Part shown: piece after piece, positions 36,562-44,980 of the stretch
Layout: each line of letters starts with the position of its first letter
Numbering within the stretch: the first letter of the stretch is position 1
Origin: Oscillospiraceae bacterium
GTDB taxonomy: Bacteria > Bacillota > Clostridia > Oscillospirales > Acutalibacteraceae
Direction of reading: 5' to 3'
Length of the DNA stretch: 64,000 nucleotides
NCBI GenBank assembly: GCA_015066625.1
Contig: SVOC01000012.1
Span: 3,123-67,122, forward strand
The notes under the pieces: model-generated
Database searches by the model: none
Told to the model about the DNA's origin: nothing
The model's input: only the letters and a program-made list of their open reading frames with translations
Program-made: the position numbers and the translations under genes

Positions 36562-36645
36562 TTATTTGAAAAGATTAAGAATATACTCACCGATAGCGGC
36601 AATGTAAAGGGGAATATCGCTGAGAAAAGCAATTATTGCAAGCAT
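36562..36645 (-). CDS. 27-aa hydrophobic small protein (hypothetical; below the ORF-track cutoff)
   Basis: Encodes MLAIIAFLSDIPLYIAAIGEYILNLFK. GGAGG RBS 8 nt upstream, its own TTGCAA-N17-TATAAT promoter, and a terminator downstream. Confidence 0.5.
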   Translation of the reverse strand: MLAIIAFLSDIPLYIAAIGEYILNLFK

Positions 36646-36674
36646 TGTCTTTGCCTCCTTTTTATTATGCATTC

Positions 36675-36703
36675 ATTATACACTGTTCTTTACATCGTTG
36701 CAA
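36675..36703 (-). promoter_or_regulatory. Sigma-A-type promoter for the 27-aa ORF
   Basis: Read on the minus strand: TTGCAA-N17-TATAAT. Confidence 0.6.
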
Positions 36704-36734
36704 CGGTCAGATTATACTCTGTGCACAATTCTCC

Positions 36735-36763
36735 TTGACTTTTACGATGTAAAGTGATAAAAT
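36735..36763 (+). promoter_or_regulatory. Sigma-A-type promoter
   Basis: TTGACT-N17-TAAAAT with a TGn extended -10. Confidence 0.65.
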
Positions 36764-36786
36764 CTTATTGTTCGGAAGGTGATTTT

Positions 36787-37512
36787 ATGACAGGTACACT
36801 GGTAAATGCCGCTGCGGTTATAATCGGCGGTCTTATAGGTATACTTCTCAAAAAAGGAATAAAAGAAAGCTACACTCTGAGCATCAACAAAGCGTTGGGT
36901 CTTGCGGTGCTGATTATCGGCATAAACGGCGTTGTTGCCAATATGTTCACATATGACGGCGGTAAGCTTTCAAGCAGCGGCGAGCTGCTGCTGGTTGTTT
37001 TTCTTGTAATCGGCACATTCATCGGCGAGCTTTTAAAGCTTGACGAGCGTTTCGGCAAACTCTGCAAAGGAATTGAAAACAAATTCAAATCCGACGGTTT
37101 TGCATCGGGCTTCGTAAACGGCACCGTGCTTTTCTGCGTGGGCGCAATGTCAATAGTCGGCTCAATCAATGACGGTCTTACGGGCGACAGCTCCGTTTTA
37201 CTTGTAAAAAGCGCGCTGGACTTTGTAAATGCGGTTATCTTTGGCGCAACCCTGGGCTACGGAGTTATTTTCACCTTCATTCCCATTCTTATTTATCAGG
37301 GCGGAATTTCACTGCTTGCCGGCTCTCTCAGCGGCATACTTCAGGGTCAGCTTCTTGAACAGATATGTATGGTGGGTTATGCAATCATTATGGCAATCGG
37401 GCTGAATTTTCTGCTTAAGGATAAATTCAAAACCCTGAATATGGTACCTGCCCTGCTGCTGCCCGTTGCTTATCATTATATTATGCTGCTGATAAATTAC
37501 ATAAAGGCATAA
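36787..37512 (+). CDS. DUF554-family membrane protein
   Basis: MTGTLVNAAAVIIGGLIG start typical of the YdfK/YqgA-like family, and polytopic. Start at ATG 36787 after a GGAAGG RBS. Confidence 0.75.
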   Translation: MTGTLVNAAAVIIGGLIGILLKKGIKESYTLSINKALGLAVLIIGINGVVANMFTYDGGKLSSSGELLLVVFLVIGTFIGELLKLDERFGKLCKGIENKFKSDGFASGFVNGTVLFCVGAMSIVGSINDGLTGDSSVLLVKSALDFVNAVIFGATLGYGVIFTFIPILIYQGGISLLAGSLSGILQGQLLEQICMVGYAIIMAIGLNFLLKDKFKTLNMVPALLLPVAYHYIMLLINYIKA

Positions 37513-37517
37513 AAAGT

Positions 37518-37554
37518 GCGGTACCTTTCGTATGAAAGATACCGCTTCATTTTT
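37518..37554. terminator. Bidirectional terminator
   Basis: Hairpin GCGGTACCTTTC-gtat-GAAAGATACCGC with T-rich tracts on both strands. Confidence 0.75.
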
Positions 37555-37684
37555 AGAAGTTTTCGTTGTTCTTCTTCTTGTTCTGAGCGTTGTTCTGGTT
37601 GTTCTTGTTCTGCTGATTGTTCTGCTGGTTGTTCTGTGCGTTGTTATTCTGCTTGTTCTGATTCTGCTGGTTGTTCTTATCCAT
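37553..37684 (-). CDS. 43-aa Asn/Gln-rich small protein (hypothetical; below the ORF-track cutoff)
   Basis: Encodes MDKNNQQNQNKQNNNAQNNQQNNQQNKNNQNNAQNKKKNNENF. AAGGAG RBS 9 nt upstream, and a terminator immediately after the stop. Confidence 0.5.
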   Translation of the reverse strand: MDKNNQQNQNKQNNNAQNNQQNNQQNKNNQNNAQNKKKNNENF

Positions 37685-37758
37685 TTTAAAAGACTCCTTT
37701 TAAATTATATGAACTCTCGGTTCAATCATATTATAACCGTATGTTCGACTAATATTTA

Positions 37759-37787
37759 TTGACAAAAATTTTTACCGATGTTAAAAT
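37759..37787 (+). promoter_or_regulatory. Sigma-A-type promoter with extended -10
   Basis: TTGACA-N17-TAAAAT preceded by TGt. The ~80-nt leader contains a long imperfect hairpin (CGAACTCCATATG...CATATTCAGTTCG). Confidence 0.7.
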
Positions 37788-37869
37788 TTAGAAGTTAAAT
37801 GACTCGAACTCCATATGGTTTTGAAAGGCATATTCAGTTCGAATCATTTCACTCCAGAGAGGTGTTTTT

Positions 37870-38619
37870 ATGATTTATTATTTTTCAGGCACGGGCAATT
37901 CACGCCACGCCGCGCAGCTTATTGCAGAAAAGCTGAATGACACAGCCTTCGATATTGTTGAGGTTATTAAAAACGGCAGCTTCGGCAGTGAGAATGACGA
38001 AGTTACGGGTTTCGTTTTCCCCGTTTATTTCTGGGGTCTGCCCGAAATCGTGAAACGCTTTGCATCCCTGCCTCAGGTTAAAAATTCATTGGCTAAATAT
38101 GTTTTTGCCGTTATCACCTGCGGTGCAAACACAGGAACTGCGGATAAAATGCTTGAAAAAGCTCTGGGCAGAAAGCTTGATTACGTTTTCTCGCTGAAAA
38201 TGCCCGATAACTATGTGGTTATGTATGACCCCTGCACCAAAGAAAAGGCGCAGAAATATCTTCGCCACGCAGACCGTGAGCTTGAAGCAATCTGCACCGA
38301 TACAGGTGCAAGAAAGAGGGGCACCTACGGCGCAAGCGGCGGCAAGCTTAACAGTGCTTTTGTTTCACTGCTTTATAATCCGTTCAGAAACACCAAAAAA
38401 TTCTATGCAGACGAAAAATGCATTTCCTGCGGACTCTGCGAAAAGCTCTGCCCTGAAAATGCAATAAAAATCACCGACGGCAAGCCTGTATGGACAAAGA
38501 AAAAATGTCAGCACTGCACCGCCTGCATCAACCGCTGTCCCGCCAAGGCAATCCAATACGGCAAGGCAACGGAAACAAGGGGCAGGTATAATTATTATAC
38601 CGCCGTTGACGGCGAATAA
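37870..38619 (+). CDS. EFR1-family flavodoxin-like / 2x[4Fe-4S] ferredoxin protein
   Basis: MIYYFSGTGNSRH N-terminus and two CxxCxxCxxxCP motifs at the C-terminus. Confidence 0.8.
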   Translation: MIYYFSGTGNSRHAAQLIAEKLNDTAFDIVEVIKNGSFGSENDEVTGFVFPVYFWGLPEIVKRFASLPQVKNSLAKYVFAVITCGANTGTADKMLEKALGRKLDYVFSLKMPDNYVVMYDPCTKEKAQKYLRHADRELEAICTDTGARKRGTYGASGGKLNSAFVSLLYNPFRNTKKFYADEKCISCGLCEKLCPENAIKITDGKPVWTKKKCQHCTACINRCPAKAIQYGKATETRGRYNYYTAVDGE

Positions 38620-38656
38620 AAAACGATATATAATGTAATTAATTGGAGGGTTTATA

Positions 38657-39688
38657 ATGATAGTTAAAAATTTATTCGGAAATACAGCCGACGGCAGGCA
38701 GGTTGACTGCTACACAATAAGAAATTCAAGCGAAACCGCCGTTGATATCATCACCTACGGCGCAACGGTAAACAGCATTTATGTTGCAGATAAAAACGGA
38801 ATTTTTGCCGATGTGCTTGCAGGCTTTGATAATATTGACGGCCACGAAAACCATTCCGATTACGAAGGTATGACCGTAGGCAGATACGCCAACAGAATCG
38901 CAGAAGGCAAATTCACCATTGACGGCGTTGAATACAATGTTGAGAAAAACGAAAAAGGAATTACATGCCTTCACGGCGGCGGCGAGCTTTCAACCGCAAT
39001 CTGGAAGGCAATGATTGTTGACGATAACTCCCTTGAAATGACCTATACAAGCCCCGACGGTGCAATGGGCTTCCCAGGTAGGGTGGATTTCAGAGTAGTG
39101 TTCACCCTTCACGAGGATAACGCACTTAAAATCGAATATCACGCCGTCAGCGATAAAAAGACGGTTATCAATATGACAAACCACGCATATTTCAACCTTG
39201 CAGGCAAGGGCAATGTGCTTGACCATATTCTGCAGATTAATGCGGACGCGTACACTCCCATTGACGAAAACAGCATTCCCACAGGCGAAATCAGACCCGT
39301 CGAGGGCACTCCCTTTGATTTCAGAGAGCCCAAGGCTATCGGCAGGGATATCGGTGCAGAGGATGACCAGCTTGCAATCGGCAAGGGCTATGACCACAAC
39401 TTCTGCCTTAACGACGGTGACGGTCCCGCAGCAACGGCTTACGACCCCGAAAGCGGCAGAATGCTTGAAGTATTCACAGACCTTTGCGGCGTTCAGCTTT
39501 ACACGGGCAACTTCCTTGACGGCACAATCATCGGCAAGGGCGGCAAGCCCCTTGTTCAGCACGCAGGCTTCTGCCTTGAAACTCAGTATTACCCCAACAC
39601 TCCCAATATGCCCGAATTTCCTCAGTGCACCTTTGATGCAGGTCAGAAATTCTGTTCCTGCACCGTTTTCAGATTTTCTGTTAAATAA
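38657..39688 (+). CDS. galM: Aldose 1-epimerase (galactose mutarotase)
   Basis: GRYANRI, LHGG, TNHAYFNL and CLETQ motifs. Confidence 0.9.
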   Translation: MIVKNLFGNTADGRQVDCYTIRNSSETAVDIITYGATVNSIYVADKNGIFADVLAGFDNIDGHENHSDYEGMTVGRYANRIAEGKFTIDGVEYNVEKNEKGITCLHGGGELSTAIWKAMIVDDNSLEMTYTSPDGAMGFPGRVDFRVVFTLHEDNALKIEYHAVSDKKTVINMTNHAYFNLAGKGNVLDHILQINADAYTPIDENSIPTGEIRPVEGTPFDFREPKAIGRDIGAEDDQLAIGKGYDHNFCLNDGDGPAATAYDPESGRMLEVFTDLCGVQLYTGNFLDGTIIGKGGKPLVQHAGFCLETQYYPNTPNMPEFPQCTFDAGQKFCSCTVFRFSVK

Positions 39689-39780
39689 TTGTTCATTATT
39701 TGCGGCATAATGTAACAGTTTATTTCACGGCAATTCATAAATTTGTTAAAAATCGGTGTATAATTATAATTGTAGACTGA

Positions 39781-39912
39781 TAAAAATGAGTGAAAAAAGG
39801 AAAAGTTAAGAGTGAAAAGTTTCGGATAGGCTCTGCCTATGACCGAATATAACGGGTAAGGGCGAAGCCCTTCCATAACTATTCACTATTACCTGTTCAC
39901 TATTCACTTGAT
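39781..39912. repeat. Repeat unit copy B: ~130-nt imperfect palindrome (two units tail-to-tail)
   Basis: GTGAA-rich left arm, two central hairpins (ATAGGC-tct-GCCTAT and AAGGGC-gaa-GCCCTT), and a right arm with TTCAC/TTACC repeats at 39882, 39889, 39896 and 39903. The core at 39824-39846 matches copy A. Confidence 0.85.
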
Positions 39913-39930
39913 AATATGGAGGGGACTATT

Positions 39931-40620
39931 ATGGCAGCAGAAAGAATTCTTGTTGTTGATGACGACAATAACATTTGCGAGCTTTTAAGACTTTACCTTG
40001 AAAAGGAAGGCTATGACGTTATCCTTGCCCATAACGGCGGCGAGGCGGTCAAAATGTTTCAGGAGCTTTCACCCGACCTTATGATTCTCGATATTATGCT
40101 TCCCGTTCTTGACGGCTGGCAGGTATGCCGTGAGGTCAGAAAATTCTCGGACAAGCCCATCATCATGCTCACTGCAAAGGGCGAAACCTTTGATAAGGTG
40201 CTGGGCTTCGAGCTTGGTGCAGACGACTATGTTGTAAAGCCCTTTGAGGCAAAAGAGGTTATGGCAAGAGTGAAGGCGGTGCTCCGCAGAAGCGGTTCGG
40301 CTGAAAAGACAGATATCAAGGAAGTGCGCTACGACAAGCTCGTTATCAACCTTACAAACTATGAGCTTCAGGTTGACGGCAAAAAGATTGACACTCCTCC
40401 CAAGGAGCTTGAGCTCATTTATCACCTTGCAAGCAATCCCAACAGAGTTTTCACCAGAGACCAGCTTCTTGACGAGGTATGGGGCTTTGATTACTACGGC
40501 GATTCAAGAACGGTTGACGTTCACGTAAAGCGTCTTCGTGAAAAGCTTGAAGGCGTTTCCGACAAGTGGGAGCTCAAAACCGTATGGAGCGTAGGCTACA
40601 AATTCGGTACTATGGATTGA
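39931..40620 (+). CDS. OmpR/PhoB-family response regulator
   Basis: Receiver domain (ILVVDDD, LMILDIMLP, MLTAKG) plus a winged-helix C-terminus. ATG 39931 after a GGAGGGG RBS. Confidence 0.9.
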   Translation: MAAERILVVDDDNNICELLRLYLEKEGYDVILAHNGGEAVKMFQELSPDLMILDIMLPVLDGWQVCREVRKFSDKPIIMLTAKGETFDKVLGFELGADDYVVKPFEAKEVMARVKAVLRRSGSAEKTDIKEVRYDKLVINLTNYELQVDGKKIDTPPKELELIYHLASNPNRVFTRDQLLDEVWGFDYYGDSRTVDVHVKRLREKLEGVSDKWELKTVWSVGYKFGTMD

Positions 40621-40633
40621 TAAGGTGTTTGAA

Positions 40634-42124
40634 ATGAAAAAAAGAAAAGCCTCAGGACTTTTCCGCAAATATTTTCTTGTTACAATTTCAATAATCCTTG
40701 CAAGCTTCGTCTTTTTAGGCGGAGCTCTCTTGCTTTTTGTTTCAAAGCTGTGGATGGACGAAAAAACCTCTCTTCTTGAAGAAAACACTCTCAGCGTCGC
40801 ACAAAATACTGCGGCGGTGCTGGGCTCAGATTATCTGGGTGAAAGCGGCAGAGGCTCGGTAATAGTTATCTGTAACACGCTTCACCAGATTTCAAATGCC
40901 ATTGACGCCGATGTTTTTATCACCAACACCGACGGTCAGGTTGTTTACTGCAAAGAAATCCTGCAGTCGAACATGGCGCTTTATACGGGCAACTGTATGG
41001 TGCACAATGCATATTCCGTGCCTGCGGATATAATGGCAGACACGCTGAAAACAACGGTTTCAACAACGGGCACTCTGGGCGGTGCGTTAAACGATGTCCA
41101 CTTTGTTGTCAGCTCCCCCGTTGTGGTCAACGGCAAAACCGTTGCGGTTGTTTTCTCAACCCAGGATGTTATCGGCGGTCTGACACCCTATGTTGCCGGT
41201 ATTCTGCGTGTATTCTCGGCAGCAACTCTTTTCGCCTTTGCAATGGCATTCATACTTGTTTACCTTGTATCTCTCAGGCTTACAAAGCCTCTGCGTGAAA
41301 TGAGTGCGGCGGCAAGGCAATATGCAACAGGTGATTTTTCAAAGCGAATCCCCATACGCTCCGGAATTCACATACTGGGTCACGATGAAACCGACGAGCT
41401 TATTACGGCATTCAACTCGATGGCACAGGCGCTTGCAACCCTTGAAATGAGCCGCAGAAGCTTTGTTGCCAATGTTTCGCACGAGCTTAAAACTCCCATG
41501 ACTACCATTGGCGGCTTTATTGACGGTATTCTTGACGGCACCATCGAGCCAGAAAAAGAAACACAATACTTAAAAATAGTTTCCGATGAGGTCAAGCGTC
41601 TTGCAAGGCTTGTTACGGGAATGCTCAATATGAGCAAAATCGAAGCAGGCGAGCTTGAGCTGAAGCCCGTGAAATTTGATATTTCAGAAATGATTTTCCG
41701 CACACTTCTCAGCTTCGAGCAGATTATCGATAAAAAGCATATCGAAATCAAGGGTCTTGATTCCTTTGAAAGCAACAGCATCGTTGCGGATAAGGATATG
41801 ATAAATCAGGTTGTATATAATCTTATTGATAACGCGGTCAAATTCACTCCCGAGGGCGGATACATTGAGGTTTCTTCAAAAGCAGATTCCGAAAAGGTTA
41901 TAGTGCGCATACGCAACAGCGGTATGGGTATACCCGGCGATGAAATTGACAAAATATTTGAGAGATTCTATAAGATAGATAAATCCCGAAGCTATGATGT
42001 AAAGGGCGCCGGTATGGGGCTTTACATCGTAAAAACCATTATCGAGCTTCATGGCGGCAACATTGTTGCACGCAGTGAACCCGGTCAGTATACGGAATTC
42101 ATATTCCAGCTTCCCTTGATTTAA
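40634..42124 (+). CDS. Sensor histidine kinase (2 TM, HAMP, HisKA, HATPase_c)
   Basis: H-box SHELKTP, N-box DNAVKFT and G-box GAGMGL. Confidence 0.9.
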   Translation: MKKRKASGLFRKYFLVTISIILASFVFLGGALLLFVSKLWMDEKTSLLEENTLSVAQNTAAVLGSDYLGESGRGSVIVICNTLHQISNAIDADVFITNTDGQVVYCKEILQSNMALYTGNCMVHNAYSVPADIMADTLKTTVSTTGTLGGALNDVHFVVSSPVVVNGKTVAVVFSTQDVIGGLTPYVAGILRVFSAATLFAFAMAFILVYLVSLRLTKPLREMSAAARQYATGDFSKRIPIRSGIHILGHDETDELITAFNSMAQALATLEMSRRSFVANVSHELKTPMTTIGGFIDGILDGTIEPEKETQYLKIVSDEVKRLARLVTGMLNMSKIEAGELELKPVKFDISEMIFRTLLSFEQIIDKKHIEIKGLDSFESNSIVADKDMINQVVYNLIDNAVKFTPEGGYIEVSSKADSEKVIVRIRNSGMGIPGDEIDKIFERFYKIDKSRSYDVKGAGMGLYIVKTIIELHGGNIVARSEPGQYTEFIFQLPLI

Positions 42125-42208
42125 CAAATATTTACCCCAAGTTCAAAATATATTAAAATTCTTTATCTAAAATAAAGATACAGACACTACACATCGGAGG
42201 TCATCCCC

Positions 42209-43783
42209 ATGAATGACGAAAACATGAAAAACAATCTGCCCGAGGAAGAGCTTCCCGTAACCGAAGCGGAAGAAATCTCTCCTGCCGAAGAAATTGAAGT
42301 TGCCGAGGAACAGCCTGCTGAGGGAGCTGTTTCGGAAGAGGCAGTTGAAGAAGTATCGGTTGAAGCGGCTGAAATTGAAGAAATTCCTGCCGTTCAGACA
42401 GAGGAACAGGCAGCACCCGAAAACCCTGTTTACACTCAGCAGCCCTACACAAATACACCCAATTACGGCTATAATCAGAGCAGCTATCCTCCCCCGTCAT
42501 ACGGCAGAACAACGGTTAATCAGAGTGCCGTATACGCGCCTGCACCTCAGCCCGTGAAAAAGGAGAGAAAGGGTCTTAAGGTTTTTGCAGCCTGCCTTGC
42601 ACTTGTTCTCGTGTTTGCACTGGGCTTCGGCGTTGCATCAATCAGAAAAGATAACAACGGCAGCAACATTTCCGCATCAAACAAGAATACAGACGGCCCT
42701 CAGCTTAACATCAACGAATCACCCGTTACACCTACGGCGGCAAGCGTTGACGGTGCACTGACCACCGCACAGATTGCAGAAAAAGTTAAGCCTTCAATAG
42801 TCGGCATCGTTGTATATACTCAGCGTTCAAACTCTTCCGCAGGCGAAGGCACGGGCGTTATTATGGGCGAGGATAAATCCGGCGAATACACTTATATTGT
42901 TACCTGTGCCCACGTTATCAGCGATGCAGGTATTCAGGTAAGAGTCCAGACCGAGGACGGCACGGCATACGATGCTGAAATCGTGGGTATAGATACAAGA
43001 ACAGACCTTGGCGTGCTTAAAATCAAGGCAAAGGGTCTGCCTGCCGCAGAATTCGGCGATTCAAATGCACTGAAAGTCGGCGACAGTGTTTATGCAATCG
43101 GCAACCCCGGCGGCGTGGAATTTTTCGGTTCATTCACAGGCGGCTTTGTTTCCGCTATTGACAGACCCGTAAGCAGTGAAATCGGCTACACAATGAAGTG
43201 TATCCAGCACGATGCGGCTATCAACCCCGGTAACTCAGGCGGTGCACTTGTAAATGTTTACGGTCAGGTTATCGGCATCAACTCACAGAAGATTGCGGCA
43301 ACCGATTATGAAGGTATGGGCTTTGCAATTCCCACAACCGCCGCAAAATCAATTATCGATGACCTTATTGCCTATAGCTATGTACCCAACAGACCCAAGC
43401 TCGGTATCACATACTATCCCGTAAGCTCAAGCGCACAGTACAGCATGATTGCACAAATCAAGGGTCTGCCCGCAGGCACGCTTATCATCAATGAAATCAG
43501 CCCCGACAGCTCACTTGCAAACACCGAGGTCAGACAGTACGATATGATCACCGCCGTCAACGGCAAGGCGCTGACCACCGCCGATGTTCTTCTTGAAAAG
43601 ATTGATAACGGCAAGGTTGGCGACAAAATGACTCTCTCAATCTGCAGAGTCAACGGCGATTATTCCATTGAAGAATTTGATGTTGAAATTACCCTTGTTG
43701 AGGATAAAGGCGGCTCCGAGCCTGTAACCACAACTCAGTATTATATCGACCCCTTTGAATATTTCAATCAGTTCGGTTATTAA
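42209..43783 (+). CDS. htrA: HtrA/DegP-family serine protease with PDZ domain
   Basis: Catalytic triad context TCAHV, TDLGVLKI and GNSGGAL. Acidic/Pro-rich N-terminus, a TM anchor and a C-terminal PDZ domain. Confidence 0.9.
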   Translation: MNDENMKNNLPEEELPVTEAEEISPAEEIEVAEEQPAEGAVSEEAVEEVSVEAAEIEEIPAVQTEEQAAPENPVYTQQPYTNTPNYGYNQSSYPPPSYGRTTVNQSAVYAPAPQPVKKERKGLKVFAACLALVLVFALGFGVASIRKDNNGSNISASNKNTDGPQLNINESPVTPTAASVDGALTTAQIAEKVKPSIVGIVVYTQRSNSSAGEGTGVIMGEDKSGEYTYIVTCAHVISDAGIQVRVQTEDGTAYDAEIVGIDTRTDLGVLKIKAKGLPAAEFGDSNALKVGDSVYAIGNPGGVEFFGSFTGGFVSAIDRPVSSEIGYTMKCIQHDAAINPGNSGGALVNVYGQVIGINSQKIAATDYEGMGFAIPTTAAKSIIDDLIAYSYVPNRPKLGITYYPVSSSAQYSMIAQIKGLPAGTLIINEISPDSSLANTEVRQYDMITAVNGKALTTADVLLEKIDNGKVGDKMTLSICRVNGDYSIEEFDVEITLVEDKGGSEPVTTTQYYIDPFEYFNQFGY

Positions 43784-43789
43784 ATGACG

Positions 43790-43821
43790 AATCCCCGTAC
43801 CAAGCGGTACGGGGATTTTTT
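43790..43821. terminator. Bidirectional terminator
   Basis: Hairpin AATCCCCGTACC-aagc-GGTACGGGGATT followed by a T-run. Located between the convergent htrA and TIR genes. Confidence 0.85.
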
Positions 43822-43822
43822 G

Positions 43823-44824
43823 TTATTCATTTTCAAAAACTTCGCCGTTGTTAACCTCTTCTATTTCCTGAGAGGTATATATTTTAAGGTAGGTTCTGTC
43901 TTCTGCATCCCAAACATTAACGGCAACATCGTGGCTGCCCATCTTTGTTCCGTCCTGAAAAGCTCCGGTACGGTCGGTCACAAATTCTGCTCCCGTATAT
44001 TCAAACCAATACCATTCCGATTTCATATCACCGTCGAAGAATTTTTCGCCCAGATATCTGTAATTGTATTCCTTGGTAAGCAAATTAATATATTCATCAA
44101 CAAGAGCCTTTGTTTCTGCCGATTCCACACCGTTATCTAACGTATAAAGATATGTAATTTCTTCGCCTTTATTCTTTTTCTCACGGGAATCAACACCTGC
44201 AAAATCCGAAAAGCTTGGTATTACCGCACCTGTTCTGTTAACGGCAGGAACGTCATCGGATGAATCTGAAAAAAGAGTTACCATTGCCAGAGCAACAACC
44301 ATAACAGCTAATGCTTTGCCGAGAAACTTTAAGATTTTTCGAAGTTTCTTCAAAAATCTGAACATCAAAAGACTCGTACGGTGCCTTTTGCCGTTACGAA
44401 CATCTTCCGTCAGTGAATCTATCAGTTTCTGCTCATAGTTTTTACTGTCGTCTATTCTTTGGGTAGAACCCGTCATAATTTCAATATCTATGGGAATATC
44501 AAAATTTTTAATTTTCAAAGCGTGTACGGGTATATTATGTGCTATGGCAAAGCTGAGTTCGTTTTTGACATATACCGATTTAACAGACGCAGGCGATAAC
44601 AGAACAACACACGCTGATGATTTGAACAAACGGTCTGCAATAACCCTGTTCCAATCGTCACCCGAATGCAAGCCCTTATCGTACCAATAACGGATACCGA
44701 AGTTTTCAAACAGACTTTTTATATCTTTCATTGCCTGTTCGTCTTCGTGAGCATAGCTTATGAAGACATAAGGTTCATTGCCCTCATATATGCCTTTGCC
44801 GTTATACTGATTGCCTTTTTTCAT
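43823..44824 (-). CDS. TIR-domain protein with a central TM helix and an unknown C-terminal domain
   Basis: TIR_2-like N-terminus (PYVFISYAHEDE, WYDKGLHSGDDW, CVVLLSPASVKSVYVKNELSFA), a TM helix (ALAVMVVALAMVTLF), and about 150 aa C-terminal region. Confidence 0.75.
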   Translation of the reverse strand: MKKGNQYNGKGIYEGNEPYVFISYAHEDEQAMKDIKSLFENFGIRYWYDKGLHSGDDWNRVIADRLFKSSACVVLLSPASVKSVYVKNELSFAIAHNIPVHALKIKNFDIPIDIEIMTGSTQRIDDSKNYEQKLIDSLTEDVRNGKRHRTSLLMFRFLKKLRKILKFLGKALAVMVVALAMVTLFSDSSDDVPAVNRTGAVIPSFSDFAGVDSREKKNKGEEITYLYTLDNGVESAETKALVDEYINLLTKEYNYRYLGEKFFDGDMKSEWYWFEYTGAEFVTDRTGAFQDGTKMGSHDVAVNVWDAEDRTYLKIYTSQEIEEVNNGEVFENE

Positions 44825-44851
44825 TCAATTCACCCCAATTTCCGCTTCTTG

Positions 44852-44880
44852 ATTATAACACCATTTTCCCGATAATTCAA
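44852..44880 (-). promoter_or_regulatory. Sigma-A-type promoter of the TIR gene
   Basis: Read on the minus strand: TTGAAT-N17-TATAAT with a TGt extended -10. Confidence 0.65.
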
Positions 44881-44921
44881 TATATTAATCAAAATTTCCG
44901 AATCAGCATTATAAATCAGAG

Positions 44922-44962
44922 TTTATTATACAAAAAACGGCGCTGTGCTCATTACGAACACA
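44922..44962 (-). terminator. Terminator of the hydrogenase operon
   Basis: Read on the minus strand: AACGGCGTTGTG-loop-CACAGCGCCGTT followed by T6. Confidence 0.8.
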
Positions 44963-44980
44963 ACGCCGTTGGCTTATTGC

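Noticed and set aside
37532-37762. 76-aa plus-strand ORF made almost entirely of Leu and Val.
   Set aside because: It is the antisense mirror of the Asn/Gln-rich minus-strand ORF (GTT/CTG versus AAC/CAG). Its ATG lies inside the terminator hairpin and has no RBS, whereas the minus-strand ORF has an AAGGAG RBS.
38990-39562. 190-aa minus-strand ORF.
   Set aside because: It is antisense to galM, which carries clear mutarotase motifs. It has no RBS.
39916-44824. Considered the two-component system, HtrA and the TIR gene as one functional cassette.
   Set aside because: A strong bidirectional terminator separates htrA from the convergent TIR gene, and the TIR gene has its own promoter. Adjacency alone does not support a functional link.
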